Positions 38,139-50,380 of a stretch of 64,000 bases of DNA are shown here, piece by piece (the first letter of the stretch is position 1; the number at the start of each line of letters is the position of its first letter). Source of the DNA: Mobula hypostoma (lineage: Eukaryota). A program made the translations under genes and the position numbers. The stretch spans positions 252,218,001-252,282,000 of the forward strand of contig NC_086097.1 in the NCBI RefSeq assembly GCF_963921235.1, read 5' to 3'. Below the pieces are notes generated by a model, which worked only from the letters and a program-made list of their open reading frames with translations, searched no databases and was not told the DNA's origin.

Positions 38139-38237
38139 TCAATCCCGCCCCTCCCTGAAGACAGTACTCGCCCGTCAGTTTGTCAGGTGGAGGCGGCCCA
38201 GCTGTCAATCAGCGACGTAACACCCGCCCATTCTCTG

Positions 38238-38247
38238 ATCACGTGAT
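38238..38247. promoter_or_regulatory. Palindromic E-box ATCACGTGAT (CLEAR/TFEB-MITF/USF type) next to a GC box
   Basis: cccgcccattctctgATCACGTGATg in the promoter of a lysosomal-targeting gene. Confidence 0.6.
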
Positions 38248-38364
38248 GTTCGACTACAGCGATCTCCTGCTCAGCTGTCACTTGATCGCTCACGATCCAT
38301 TGTTTTTTTCACACCCTCCTGAAATGGTGATAATTCCTTATTTCCCCTCGGCACCAACCCAACC

Positions 38365-38580
38365 CACAGATGCTGCCTGATCCGCTGAGTTGTGTGGTGT
38401 AGATTCCAGCGTCCAGCTCTGTGTCTCGGCTTTTCCTTTCCGGGTGGATAAAATGTGCTGAGGTGTCTCGGCTTGAAGCGCCGACTATTTATTCATTTCC
38501 ACAGATGCTGCCTGACCTGCTGAGTTCCTCCGGCATCTTGTGAGTGTTGCCCCGGAGTTCGGTGTCTGCAGACTCTCCTC
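38365..38580 (+). mobile_element. Degenerate Penelope terminal remnants inside the bidirectional promoter
   Basis: agatgctgcctgacctgctgagttcctccggcatc...tctgcagactctc matches the family terminus. Confidence 0.7.
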
Positions 38581-38672
38581 GCTGTGAGCTGTACGTGGAA
38601 CGTTTGGTCAGCGAGGTGCGTTGCTCTCCGGAAGGGATGGAGGAAGGGACCGCCGGTGAAAGGGGGGGCACC

Positions 38673-38815
38673 ATGGAGTCCCGCGCGGTGCGCGCTCTCG
38701 GACGATCGCTGCTGCTGACGGGCCGCTGGGGTCGCGAGGCCAGGCGGGTGCGCGCGGCCAACACCGGGGCCGCCGCCCCCGCGCATCGCGAGCGCTACTG
38801 CGTGCAGGTTGTCCG
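38673..38815 (+). CDS. NDUFAF6: NDUFAF6 coding exon 1 (mitochondrial targeting-like N-terminus)
   Basis: caccATGG context; MESRAVRALGRSLLLTGRWGREARRVRAA...YCVQVVR is Arg-rich; CG|GTAAG donor; an in-frame upstream ATG exists at 38637. Confidence 0.85.
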
Positions 38816-39344
38816 GTAAGCGGCCCGTCCCGGTCCCGTCACCTGCTCAGGCACCGGGATGGAGGTCATGTTCCCTGCTGGGAGTCCGGCGCTCCGCAGT
38901 GCATGGAAACCTACCGAATACGGGAAGGCCTCGATGCAGTGGGTGTTTCCTATAAGGACCAGAGGTCACAGCCTCGGAATAGAGAGACGTCCCTTTAGAA
39001 CATTGATGATGAATTTCTTCAGCCAGAGCCTGGTGAATCTATGGAATTCATTGCAACTGACGGCTGTGGAGGTCAAGTCATTAGAAATGTTAATATATTA
39101 AAGAGGAGGTTGGCAGGTTCTTGATTAGTCAAGCCGTCAAAGATTACAGGGAAAAGGCAGGAGGATGGAGGGACGATAAATTAACATGATGGAATTACAG
39201 CAATTCCGATGGGCTGAATCGTCCGATTCTGCTCCTATGTCTTGTGCTCTTATTTTATATTTTGATTACACACACAGTTCACTTTTTGTTGTTGACATTG
39301 TTTAATTTTGTAATGGTTGAGTCAGTGTTTTGTTTTCCTCGCAG

Positions 39345-39444
39345 AAATCGGGACTATGAAGGTTTTCTGACTTCTCTGCTGCTTCCTTCAGAACTTCGCT
39401 CCTCGGTGTTTGCACTGAGAGCCTTCAATGTGGAGCTAGCTCAG
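39345..39444 (+). CDS. NDUFAF6: NDUFAF6 coding exon 2 (100 nt)
   Basis: [33 protein letters not shown]; ctcgcag acceptor, CAG|GTAAGT donor. Confidence 0.95.
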
Positions 39445-39859
39445 GTAAGTACTCTGCATAGATACTCCAATGTGCTTTTTTTTTATTAAATTATCAATTC
39501 TTCATTCCAAAGGTGAGGGAACGGTCCTGGAATAGTCATGACTTGCCCCTTCACCAGAGCTCCCCACCTATCATCAGCTATCATCTGTGACTCCATGTCA
39601 CTGTTTGCATGCAACAGCGGCCACACCATGGTACACCACTTTAACAAGCAGGTTAAACCAGGTGTGGGAAGCCAGTGGACCTCATACCCCTGTGAGTTAG
39701 GAACATGCCTGTCCTGCCTTGCAAAGTCAGCTCTGGCAGAGTGTGCGGAAGAGATCTGCAGTAAGATCCAAGGGCCAGGAAGGGAGTTCTGCAACACTGT
39801 GGGCATGATGAGGCACAGAAGTATTCATGGTCATCCACTGCAACCAAGGGAGACCCCAG

Positions 39860-40515
39860 TTTGATAGGATAGTTAAGAAGGCCTATGGGATGCTAGGCTT
39901 CATTAATAGGGGATTGTGTTCAAGAGTAGAGAGGTCATGTTGCAACTCTACAAATCTCTGGTGAGACCACACTTAGAGTATTGTGTTCAGTTCTGGTCAC
40001 CTCATTATAGGAAGGACGTGGAAGCTATGGAGAGGGTGCAGAGGAGATTTACCAGGATGTTGCCTGGATTGGAAAACAAGTCTTATGAGGCAAGGTTAGC
40101 AGAGCTGGGACTTTTCTCCTTGGAGTGTAGAAGGATGAGAGGGGACTTGATAGAGTTCTACAAGATTATGAGAGGCATAGATGGGGTGGATAACCAGTAC
40201 CTGTTTCCCAGGGCAGGAATAGCAAACACGAGAGGGCATATGTACAAAGTTAAGGGAGGGAAGTTTAGGGGAGACATCAGGGGTAGGTATTTTTACACAG
40301 AGGGTTGTGGGTGCCTGGAATGACTTGCCAGGGATGGTGGTGGAGGCTAAAACATTAGGGGTATTTAAGATCTCTTGGACAGGCACATGGATGAAAGAAA
40401 AATAGAGGGTTACGGGGTAGTGTGGGTTTAGTACGTTTTTTTAAGGAATATACTAGTCTGCACAACATTGAGGGCCGAAGGGCCTGTACTGTGCTGTAGT
40501 ATTCTAGTGTCTAGT
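39860..40515 (+). mobile_element. CR1 3' fragment
   Basis: LVRPHLEYCVQFWSPHYRKDV...; 3'UTR tail. Confidence 0.88.
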
Positions 40516-40539
40516 TTGTGACGCTTGTTTGTATCACTG

Positions 40540-40970
40540 AATAAATTTGAATTAATGAATTTATTCAAATCGTACATTCATCTCACAATGTGAGGGAGTA
40601 AATTTTTTTGCGTTATGACTCCATTACAATGAACAGAATTGTGAATTTATTAGTCTAATGGCTTGTAGAAAGAAGCTGTCCTGTAGCCTGTTGGCCCTGG
40701 CTTTAATGCTGCGATAGCATTTGCCAGACGGAAGCAGCTGAAACAATTTAAGGTTGGGGTGACTGGTGTCCCTGATGATCTTCCAGGCCTTCTTTCTGTA
40801 CCTGCTGCTATAAATGTCCTCAATGGAGGGAAGTTCACGTCCACAGATGCTCTGGGCTGTCCGTACCACTCTCTGCAGTGCCCAGCGATCAAGGTTGGTT
40901 CAGTTCCCAGGGGGTGATACAGCCAGTCAGGATGCACCCAGTGGTTCCCCGGTGGAAGGTCTTGAGGATT
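40540..40970 (-). mobile_element. Rex1-like LINE 3' fragment
   Basis: VRTAQSICG..LPSIEDIY..IIRDTSHP..LFQLLPSGK..RLQDSFF. Confidence 0.75.
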
Positions 40971-42585
40971 TCTTCAAGAAAGGACCCGAGCTTCTGAGAT
41001 CAAGAGAGTGGAATGGCTTTTCCACTAAAAACTCTCCTGCACAGTTTTCCTGTCATCATCTGATACAATGGACAACCACCAACAACTCTCCATTCTGAGT
41101 GGAGTTATCTTGTGACTGGAAAGTTTTTCCTTCAGGCAAGTAAGCTTGAATTTTCTACTTTCTGAGAAGTTTGCATAGGTTCAACATGTCGCCAAAACTT
41201 TGGCAAACTGTAGAGTGTAGGATATTGTAGAGTATCCTGACTGGTGTTTCCATACCAGGTCATGACATAGCAAGGTGCAGGAATAGAACAAAAAATTGTG
41301 AATACAGCCCAGTCCATCACAGGCAAAGCCCTCCCCTCCCCACCACAGAGCACATTTACAAGGAGCACTGTCGCAAGAAAGCTGCATCCGTCTTCAAGGA
41401 CTATCCATCCAGGCCATGCTGTCTTCTCGCTACTGCCAGTCCCACACCACCAGGTTCAGGAGCAGTTATTATCCTTCAACCATCAGGCTCATGAACCAGC
41501 ACAGATAACTTCACTCACCTCAACGCTGAACTGATTCCACAACCTATGGACTCACTTTCGAGGACTGTTTAACTCATATTCTCAGTATTACTTATTATTT
41601 GTCCAACTTGTTTTCTTTTGCACATCAGTTGTTTGTTGGTCTTTGTATTGTTTTTCATAAATGCTATTGTCTCCTGTCCGTTACGTAAGGTTTCACTGCT
41701 AATATAATGGTCTCTCAGTAATGTTTCACTGCTAATGTAATGGTTTCTCTGTAGCAGCAATGTTTGGGTTATGACGAGAGATAAATGGCAGTTTAGATCT
41801 CCCGGCCGTGTGAAATAAAGCCATTCTGACAGTTAGTACCTTTTCTGTAAAGTGATTGATGGTTACAGCAAATGGAAAGCAACAAGTTGACCATGCTTTT
41901 AGAAATTAATGGTGAATATTGACAAGAACTTTAGCAACAATAATTTCACATTTTCTTGTAATGTTTTGGAGTGGCATGGTAGTGTAGCAGTTAGTCAGTC
42001 CTGCCACTGTCTGTAAGGAGTTATAGAAACAAAGAACATAGAAACATAGAAAACCTACAGCACAATACAGGCCCTTCGGCCCACAAAGCTGTGCTGAACA
42101 TGTCCTTACCTTTGAAATTACCTTGGGTTACCCATAGCCCTCTATTTTTCTGAGCTCCAAGTGCCTGTCCAGGAGTCTCTTAAAGGGTCCTATCGTATCT
42201 GCCTCCACTTTCACGATGTGGTTTGCAAAAGTTTGCTGTGTCCCAATTGACTACAATGGTGGGATAATTTTATACAGCAGAGGGATGACTTTTCCTTTTT
42301 TTAAAACAAAATCAAGAATTTTTGTATTTAGTATGCATGATCTTGGTTCTAAAGAGAAAAGTTGTTTCAAATTCTTATCTTGAATTCGTTGTTGAATTGC
42401 ATGTGACATTATTGGTTGGTGATCTAACAGTGATCATTAATAAGACTTTTATGATGTGTTTTGCTGGGCATTTGATTTCTGTGCTATGTGGCTGCTATTT
42501 TGGTAATTTGTTTGGAGACATATTTGGGAACTACAAAGCGTGCCTTATCTGATAATGTCTATAATGCTAAAGTTGTCACGTTGTA

Positions 42586-44046
42586 CAGGTGTCCCCTGCT
42601 TTTTGAACGTTCGCTCTATGAAACCTCGCTGTTACGAAAGACCTACGTTAGTTACCTGTTTTCACTAACAGAAGGTGTTTTCACTGTTACAAAAAAAGGC
42701 AGCGCGTGCCCCGAGCAGCCAAGCTCCTCCCCCGGAACTGCATTCTTGCCGGCATTGCTTAAACACGTGCCTGTGAGCAGCCGTTTGCAAGATGAGTTCT
42801 AAGGTATCAGAAAAGCCTAAAAGTGCTCATAAGGGTATTACACTTAGCGTAAAACTAGACGTAATTAAGTGTTTCGATCGTGGTGAACGAAGTAAGGACA
42901 AAGTGAGTTTGGCTTGTGGAAGATGACGCAAATGATGTTGAAGAGGTTTTGGCATCCCAAGACCAAGAACTGATAGATGAAGAGCTGATGCAATTGGAAG
43001 AGGAAAGGATAACAATCGATAACAGCTCTATAAAACTCTGGTTAGGCCGCACTTGGAGTTCTGTGTCCAGTTCTGGTCGCCTCACTATAGGAAGGATGTG
43101 GAAGCATTGGAAAGGGTACAGAGGAGATTTACCAGGATGCTGTCTGGTTTAGAGAGTATGTATTATGATCAGAGATTAAGGGAGCTAGGGCTTTACTCCT
43201 TGGAGAGAAGGAGGATGAGAGGAGACATGATAGAGGTGTACAAGATAATAAGAGGAATAGATAGAGTGGATAGGCAGCGCCTCTTCCTCAGGGCATCACT
43301 GCTCAATACAAGAGGACTTGGCTTTAAGGTAAGGGGTGGGAAGTTCAAGGGGGATATTAGAGGAAGGTTTTTTACTCAGAGAGTGGTTGATGCGTGGAAT
43401 GCACTGCCTGAGTCAGTGGTGGAGGCAGCTACACTAGTGAAGTTTAAGAGACTACTAGACAGGTATATGGAGAAATTTAAGGTGGGGGGTTATATGGGAG
43501 GCAGGGTTTGAGGGTCGGCACAACATTGTGGGCCAAAGGACCTGTAATGTGCAGTACTATTCTATTTTCTATGTTCTAGCGAACGGACCGAAAGTGAAGT
43601 CATCCAGGAACTGAACGTGAATCAACTGCATGAGATTTTTGCTGCAATGATGCAGAAAAGTACGACTTTAATTTTGAAAGGGTACGTAGGTTTAGAGCAT
43701 ATTTGCAAGATGGTTTGAGTGCTTACAAAGAACTGTATGATAGAAAAATGCGCGAGGCTAATCAGTCAAGTATACTGCCATTTTTCAAGCCTTCCACATC
43801 AGCCACAGCAGATGACGAACCTCGACCTTCGACATCGAGGCAGGCAGACATGGAAGAAGATGACCTTCCTGCCCTGATGGAAACAGATGACGATGAGATT
43901 AGACCTCAGTGTCACACCACCCCAACCTCCAGGCCACGGACCGATACATTGCTGCGGAGAATGCAGTGGTAGCCGGGACACACCCAACACATCTTTAAGA
44001 AAAAAGCTGAAATAAACAAGCTCATTAACTAGGTGCCGCCCGGCAT
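42586..44046 (+). mobile_element. Second, truncated copy of the same Tigger-like element, interrupted by CR1
   Basis: ta|CAGGTGTCCCC start; colinear with the reverse complement of 55669-56121 and 51770-52198. Confidence 0.85.
43020..43578 (+). mobile_element. CR1 3' fragment inside Tigger-like copy
   Basis: CVQFWSPHYRKDV...ERRRMRGDMIEVYK; ctatgttcta tail. Confidence 0.9.
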
Positions 44047-44447
44047 GACTTCAGGATTAAAGGACACCCATTTAGAACAGCGATGCAGAGAAATTCTTTT
44101 AGTCAGAGGGTGGTAAATCTGTGGAATTTATTGCCACGAGTGGCTGTGGAGGTCAAGTCATTGGATGTATTTAAGGCAGAGATAGATAGGTTCTTGATTA
44201 GCCAGGACATCAAAGGGTATGGGGTAAAGACAGGAGTGGGGATGACTGGAAGAATTCGATCAGCCCATGATTGAATGGCAGGGCAGACTTGATGGGCTGA
44301 ATGGCCTGCTTCTGCTCCTATATCTTATGGTCTTAAAATAGCAACAAAAAAGCAACCAGAAACACAGCGTGAACTACACAGCCCACTCTGCAAACTGCGA
44401 TGATTATACCTTGCCCAAGACCCAAGACCATCCTCTGGCAGCATCGA

Positions 44448-44448
44448 G

Positions 44449-44492
<44 letters not shown>

Positions 44493-44502
44493 TGAGAGAG
44501 AG
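44448..44502. repeat. (GT)n/(GA)n microsatellite
   Basis: Direct. Confidence 0.95.
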
Positions 44503-45721
44503 ACCAATTGAATGTTGGCACTTTCCTCCAGGAGCAGAGAGCAAGAGGAAGGGACTGGTCAAAAGCGGGCAGATGGCACTGAACACCCTCTTGCCAGCCG
44601 TTCTCATCGTCATTGATTCCAATCTTCCTCAGTGCTTAGATCGGTGAGAAATGGAGAAGGTACAGGAGCTGCACCACCAGGTGCAGGAACAGTGATTACC
44701 CTTCAACCGTCAGGCTCTTGAACCAGAGGGGATAACTTCACTCACCCCAAAACTGAATTCTCACAAACATTCATCTCACGTTCTCTATTGCTGATGTATT
44801 TATTATTTTTTCTTTTGTATTTGCACATTGGTTGTTTGTTCATCTTGTTGGGTGTGATCTTTCATTGATTCTATTGTTTCATAGATTTACTGTGTCTGCC
44901 CGCAAGAAAATGAACGTCAGGGTTGTATATGGTGACATATATGTCCTTTGATAATAAATTTACCTTGTACGTTGTACTCACTGTCCCCACCTCCTGTCTA
45001 CACACGAGCCCATTCTCTCATGCTGAACCACAGAAGCGACGGTGCCGAAACCATACTGGTCTTGTAGAAGCTTGATTGTCAAACCTGTGAATGTTGAACT
45101 TGTCCTGGCAGTTCATTCAACACTCATCGCTCAGTGGAAAAAGTTCCCTTAAATATTTCACCTTTCACCCTTGACTCATGATCTAGTCCCACCCAATCTC
45201 AGTGGAAAAAGTTGCTTGCATTTCCTCTATCTATACCTATCGTAATTTTGTAAACCTCTATCAATTCTCCCCTCAGTCTACCGTGCTCCATGGAATAAAG
45301 TCCTAACCTATTCAACCTTTCCTGATAGCTCATGTCCTCAAGTCCTGGCAACATTGCAAAATTTCTACCACACTCTTTCAATCTCACTGATATCTTTCCT
45401 GTAGGTAGGTAACCAGAACTGCAAACAATACTCCAAATGAGGCCTCTCAGTGGTTCAGCATGGACTGGATGGGCCAAAGGGCCTGTCTCTGTGCTGTAGC
45501 TTTCTGTGACCAGCATCTTATACAACTGCAATGTGACATCCCATCTCCTGTAATTAGTACACTGATTTGCTATAAATACTTGACCTTGCTTGATTTTGAC
45601 TCTCTTTAATGTGTAGCATTTTGCCAATATTATCAATATGCAGCAAGAAGGTAATTACTTGAAAGCTTCTCCCTGTATAACATGACCATACCTGATTCCT
45701 TGTTTCTTGGATTTCTTTAAG

Positions 45722-45844
45722 GTGCAAGATGTTGTATCCCAGAAAACACTGGGTCTAATGAGGATACAGTTTTGGAGGCAACTAATTGAAGATGTCTATA
45801 GCAATAACCCTCCCCATCAACCTATTGCTATAGAGCTGTGGAAG
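45722..45844 (+). CDS. NDUFAF6: NDUFAF6 coding exon 3 (123 nt)
   Basis: [41 protein letters not shown]; tttaag acceptor, AAG|GTAAAT donor. Confidence 0.95.
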
Positions 45845-47457
45845 GTAAATCAGTTTTTAATTGAATCTGTTCTTCATCGGCTTTTCAGTAAGTGTTTCTG
45901 TAGCTCTGGGTTTTTACAGAATGAGGTTTGCTAGCCCCATGTCCGACCCTCCTCCTTTCACAGTTAAGGTTGGGACAGTCCACGGTGGAGTTGTCATTGA
46001 AATACTGTGATTTTAAAATACAAGATGTGTCTTTCAAAATTTTGCTTATAAATCTCATCAGGCCCCTGAACTAGTGTGGATAATTTCATTCACCTCAACA
46101 ATGAACTACAACAATGTATGGATTCACTGTCAAGGGCTCCACAACTCGTATTTTCAGTTATTTATTTATTTTTTTCATTTGCACTATTTATCTTTTCACA
46201 CTGGCTGCTTGTAGGTCTTTGTTTATGTATACTGTATATTTTTTAATAAATTCTGTTGTATTTCTTTATTTTCTTGTAAGTGCCTGCAAGAAAATGAATC
46301 TCTGGGTAATGAATTTGCTTTGAACTTTTTTTTTCTTATTTGGGGTCAAATATGGCTGGCATTTTTTGCACATGGTCAAAAATTGGAAGGTTTTTATTTT
46401 TAATGTGTTTTGAGGAAAAATGTTAAGATTGTGATAGAAATTAAGAATATTTTATAAAAGTTATTTTGAATCTATTTCAATTATTCCATGTCTCTGATTA
46501 TCAGAGTTATTTAAATGCAGTTAGACTATAAGACAGAGAGGAAACAGGCTATTTGGCCCATCAAATCACTGCCATTTCATCATTTATTACCTCTCTCAAC
46601 CCCATTCTCCTGCCCTGTTCCCATAACCTTTGTCACCTTTACAAATCAAGAACGTATCGACCTCTGCTTTAAATAGTATTGTAATCTCCAGCATAAATCC
46701 TCACTGGATTTGCATGCTACCAATTTGAATATTTAATATTTCAGTTTCCTTTTGCCACATGACCACTTTTTTAGTGACATCAATAAATTGCATTCAGTCC
46801 CATGACATTCAATTTTTGCTAATAATGTTTGCTAAAATTCTGCTAAATGTCTTCTGAAAGATGGATTCCAGTTTTTGCAATTCAGAATTGGAAAAAACTC
46901 ACTTGGTTCACTTGTGTCCTTTGAGGAAGGAGATCTGTCTCTTTGCTTCCCTGGTCTGGCTCAAATTGACTTCAGATCCACCAAGTGTGTTATCTCCAAT
47001 CCTCCTCCTCGGTTCAGGGATGATAAAAGATGGGCAGTATATTAGATTAGATTATGAGAACACTCAGTCCTCTTTTATTGTCATTTAGAAATGCATACCT
47101 TGTTTCTCCGGAGTGATATCACAAAAAAAACAGGACAAACCAAAGACTAACACTGACAGAACCACTGTCATTGACAGCATATCTGAGTGCTGTACACAAG
47201 TAAAAGACTCTTGTAATTCGTGAGTCAATGTGACACACTTAGTGTGGATTTAGTTGATAACGCAACAAAAATATAGCAGAATTTTTCTCGTATTAATGTT
47301 TTGCAGTGGCTGACGTTTACAGAAGTGAAATATTCATCGAGTTACGATGGTTTGCGAATAGTCAAAATGCTAAAAGGCATTCATCTCTATTGCTAATAAA
47401 AAAGAAATAATTCTGCTTCTGCTCTTTTATAATATAATCTGTTTTCGGCATTGCTAG

Positions 47458-47514
47458 GCAGTAAGAAAACACAAGCTGACCAAGCAATGGTTTCTAAGAA
47501 TTATCGATGAACGG
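47458..47514 (+). CDS. NDUFAF6: NDUFAF6 coding exon 4 (57 nt)
   Basis: AVRKHKLTKQWFLRIIDER read manually; gctag acceptor, CGG|GTAAGT donor. Confidence 0.93.
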
Positions 47515-48740
47515 GTAAGTTTTCTTATTTAATTATCTTGCAGCCAGGTAACCCCAATGTTCTGATAGTGAACAGTTAAAGATCATGAGTTCTGTAACTG
47601 ACCCCCCCCCCCCCCAACCACCACTACTTTATAGTTTCCTCTCAGGGTCATCTTATGTACAGACACTCCTGTGTCCAGCATCACTTAATGGACATGCAAT
47701 CAATCTTATGGATATGAGCAATCTTACTACCTTATGTATTTATATTTATTATGTTATTATTTTGGTTTTGTGCTGTATTGGTTCTGAAATAACAATTATT
47801 TTGTTCTCCTTTACAGTTGTGTATTTGAAATGACATTAAACAATCTTGAAAGGTGTCCCTTTCTTAACATTCGTACTTTGTCCCAGATCTGCTCTGCCAC
47901 CAGATGGAGGACCTCAGTCTTTCCAATCTAGTGAGGAGAGGCATTAAGACCCAGCTGACACCAAACACATCTATTTTAATCAGTTATGGAACGGTGCATG
48001 TTTAAAGCATTTTACTGATAGTGTGGCTAGGAAATTTTCAGTTTATTGGTTTTATTATGTACAATAACAGATGTTGGAAGGTGAAATTTCAAATTTGGCT
48101 AAGGGTGTAAAATTTTTTCTCGTTAATATTGAGAGGGAAATAATAGACTGCAGAAACAAAGGCATCTAATAAAATTGACAGAAAAATGAAAATTAGACAT
48201 CATACACATTTTTAGCTCTGCTTGCCTCTTTTTAGTTCTGCTTATAGAAATGATGTACAAGCTTTAGAGAGGGTGCAGAGGAGATTTACCAGGATGCTGT
48301 CTGGATTAGAGCGCACGTCTTATGAAAATAGGTTGAGTGAGCTAGGGCTTTTCTCTCTGGAGTGAAGGGGAATGAGGGGTAACTTGATAGAGGTGTTCAA
48401 GATGATAAGAAAACATTTAATTATGCACATGGTTATGTGGGAAGGAAGGGGTAGATTGATCTCAGAGTAGGTCATTGTTTTCATACAGATCAAATCAGAT
48501 CTAAAGAATGTTCAGGAATAAAAAATCTGCGTGTGTATAAAGCTTTGAGCAGTAAAGCACAAGGGAACTTGGATTGTATAAATTTAGTGTAACAGACTAC
48601 AAAAGTCTGAAACTTTATAAAACAGTGATCAGATCTCAGCTGGAGCATCAGAATAAAATGTTGGTTCCTAAACTTCAGAGAAAATGTGAAGGTTCTAGAC
48701 TCGTGTGCAGAAGATGTTTAATGGAATGGTACCATGGATG

Positions 48741-49003
48741 GCTGGTGGTGTAGTGGCATCAGCGCTGGACTGCGGGGCAGAGGTTCCGAAGTTCAAACCC
48801 AGCCGGCTCCCCCCGGCACGCTTTCCATCCGTGCGGGGTTAAGAGCTGGTGATCTCTTTGGGGATAAAAAACTCACCCGGCAAAAGGCAATGGCAAACCA
48901 CTGCTGTAACTTGCCTCATACGCGAATTCCAACTACGTCAGAACGGCGTGGGAGGAAGTCGTCCGCTACCAGGAAAAATTCCGGATGCAACCAACATTAT
49001 TAT
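48741..49003 (+). mobile_element. tRNA-derived SINE with 11-bp TSD and (TTA)n tail
   Basis: A-box tggtgtagtgg, B-box gttcaaacc; TSD taccatggatg at 48730-48740 and 49004-49014; related copy at about 18640-18876 (-). Confidence 0.8.
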
Positions 49004-50222
49004 TACCATGGATGAGAGGTTCATTTGCAATGCCAGACTGTGGATGCATTCGTTGTTCAAAGTAAATTCATTATCAAAGTACATATATCTCACCCTGAGA
49101 TTCATTTTCTTGTGGGCATACTCAATAAATCCATGACAGAATAAAACCGTAATAGAATCAATGAAACACCGCACCATCTTTGACGTTCAACTACTGTGCA
49201 AAAGACAAAAAAATGCAAATACGAAAAAGAAATAATAATAACAAATAAATAAGCAATTATTGAGAACATGAGTGTGGCCTCGGTTGTAATGAGGACTCGG
49301 CCTCAAGCAGGCCTGCCTGCTGCTGCAGTCCAGGTGAGACGACTCTGGAGGTATAGCAGCATGGAGTCTCTGCTCGGTTGGGAGCTGGCCTCTCCCATCA
49401 CTGCTGCCCTCCAGTGTTTGACCAGTGCAATGGCAGGCTGGATTGCTGGGAGCTGTACCATTAATTTCCCTTGTCCATTCGTCCCCCCCATCCCTCCCCA
49501 CTGATCTCCCTCCTGGCACTTATCCATGTAAGCGGAACAAGTGCTACACATGCCCTTACACTTCCTCCCTTACCACCATTCAGGGCCCCAAACAGTCCTT
49601 CCAGGTGAGGCGACACTTCACCTGTGAGTCGGCTGGGGTGATATACTGCATCCGGTGCTCCCGATGTGGCCTTTTATATATTGCCAAGACCCGACGCAGA
49701 CTGGGAGACCGCTTTGCTGAACACCTACGCTCTGTCCGCCAGAGAAAGCAGGATCTCCCAGTGGCCACACATTTTAATTCCACATCCCATTCCCATTCTG
49801 ACATGTCTATCCACGGCCTCCTCTACTGTAAAGATGAAGCCACACTCAGGTTGGAGGAACATCACCTTATATTCCGTCTGGGTAGCCTCCAACCTGATGG
49901 CATGAACATCGACTTCTCTAACTTCCGCTAATGCCCCACCTCCCCCTCGTACCTCATCTGTTACTTATTTTTATACACATTCTTTCTCTCACTCTCCTTT
50001 TTCTCCCTCTGTCCCTCTGAATATACCCCTTGCCCATCCTCTGGGTCCCCCCCCCCCCCGTCTTTCTTCCCGGACCTCCTGTCCCATGATCCTCTCGTAT
50101 CCCTTTTGCCAATCACCTATCCAGCTCTTGGCTCCATCCCTCCCCCTCCTGTCTTCTCCTATCATTTTGGATCTCCCCCTCCCCCTCCAACTTTCAAATC
50201 CCTTACTCACTCTTTCTTCAGT

Positions 50223-50260
50223 TAGTCCTGACGAAGGGTCTTGGCCTGAAACGTCGACTG
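50223..50260 (+). ncRNA. Minimal type I hammerhead ribozyme motif (Penelope terminus), copy A of tandem pair
   Basis: tagtc-CTGACGA-agggtcttggcct-GAAACGTC-gactg: stem I tagtc/gactg, short stem II, palindromic ACGT stem III, GUC site. Confidence 0.75.
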
Positions 50261-50342
50261 CACCTCTTCCTAGAGATGCTGCCTGGCCTGCTGCATTCAC
50301 CAGCAACTTTGATGTGTGTTGCAAGAGATTTGAAAGTTCAGT

Positions 50343-50380
50343 TCGTCCTGACGAAGGGTCTCGGCCTGAAACGTCGACTG
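50343..50380 (+). ncRNA. Minimal hammerhead ribozyme motif, copy B of tandem pair
   Basis: tcgtc-CTGACGA-agggtctcggcct-GAAACGTC-gactg, 120 nt after copy A. Confidence 0.7.

Larger units (their letters stand above)
37300..38930. promoter_or_regulatory. CpG island / bidirectional promoter of NAGPA and NDUFAF6
   Basis: High GC and CpG density against a CpG-poor background; spans both first exons; start codons about 960 bp apart, divergent. Confidence 0.85.

Noticed and set aside
48741..48810. tRNA gene (also at about 63470)
   Set aside because: A/B boxes only, no full cloverleaf; continues into a SINE body (with TSD at 48.7 kb)
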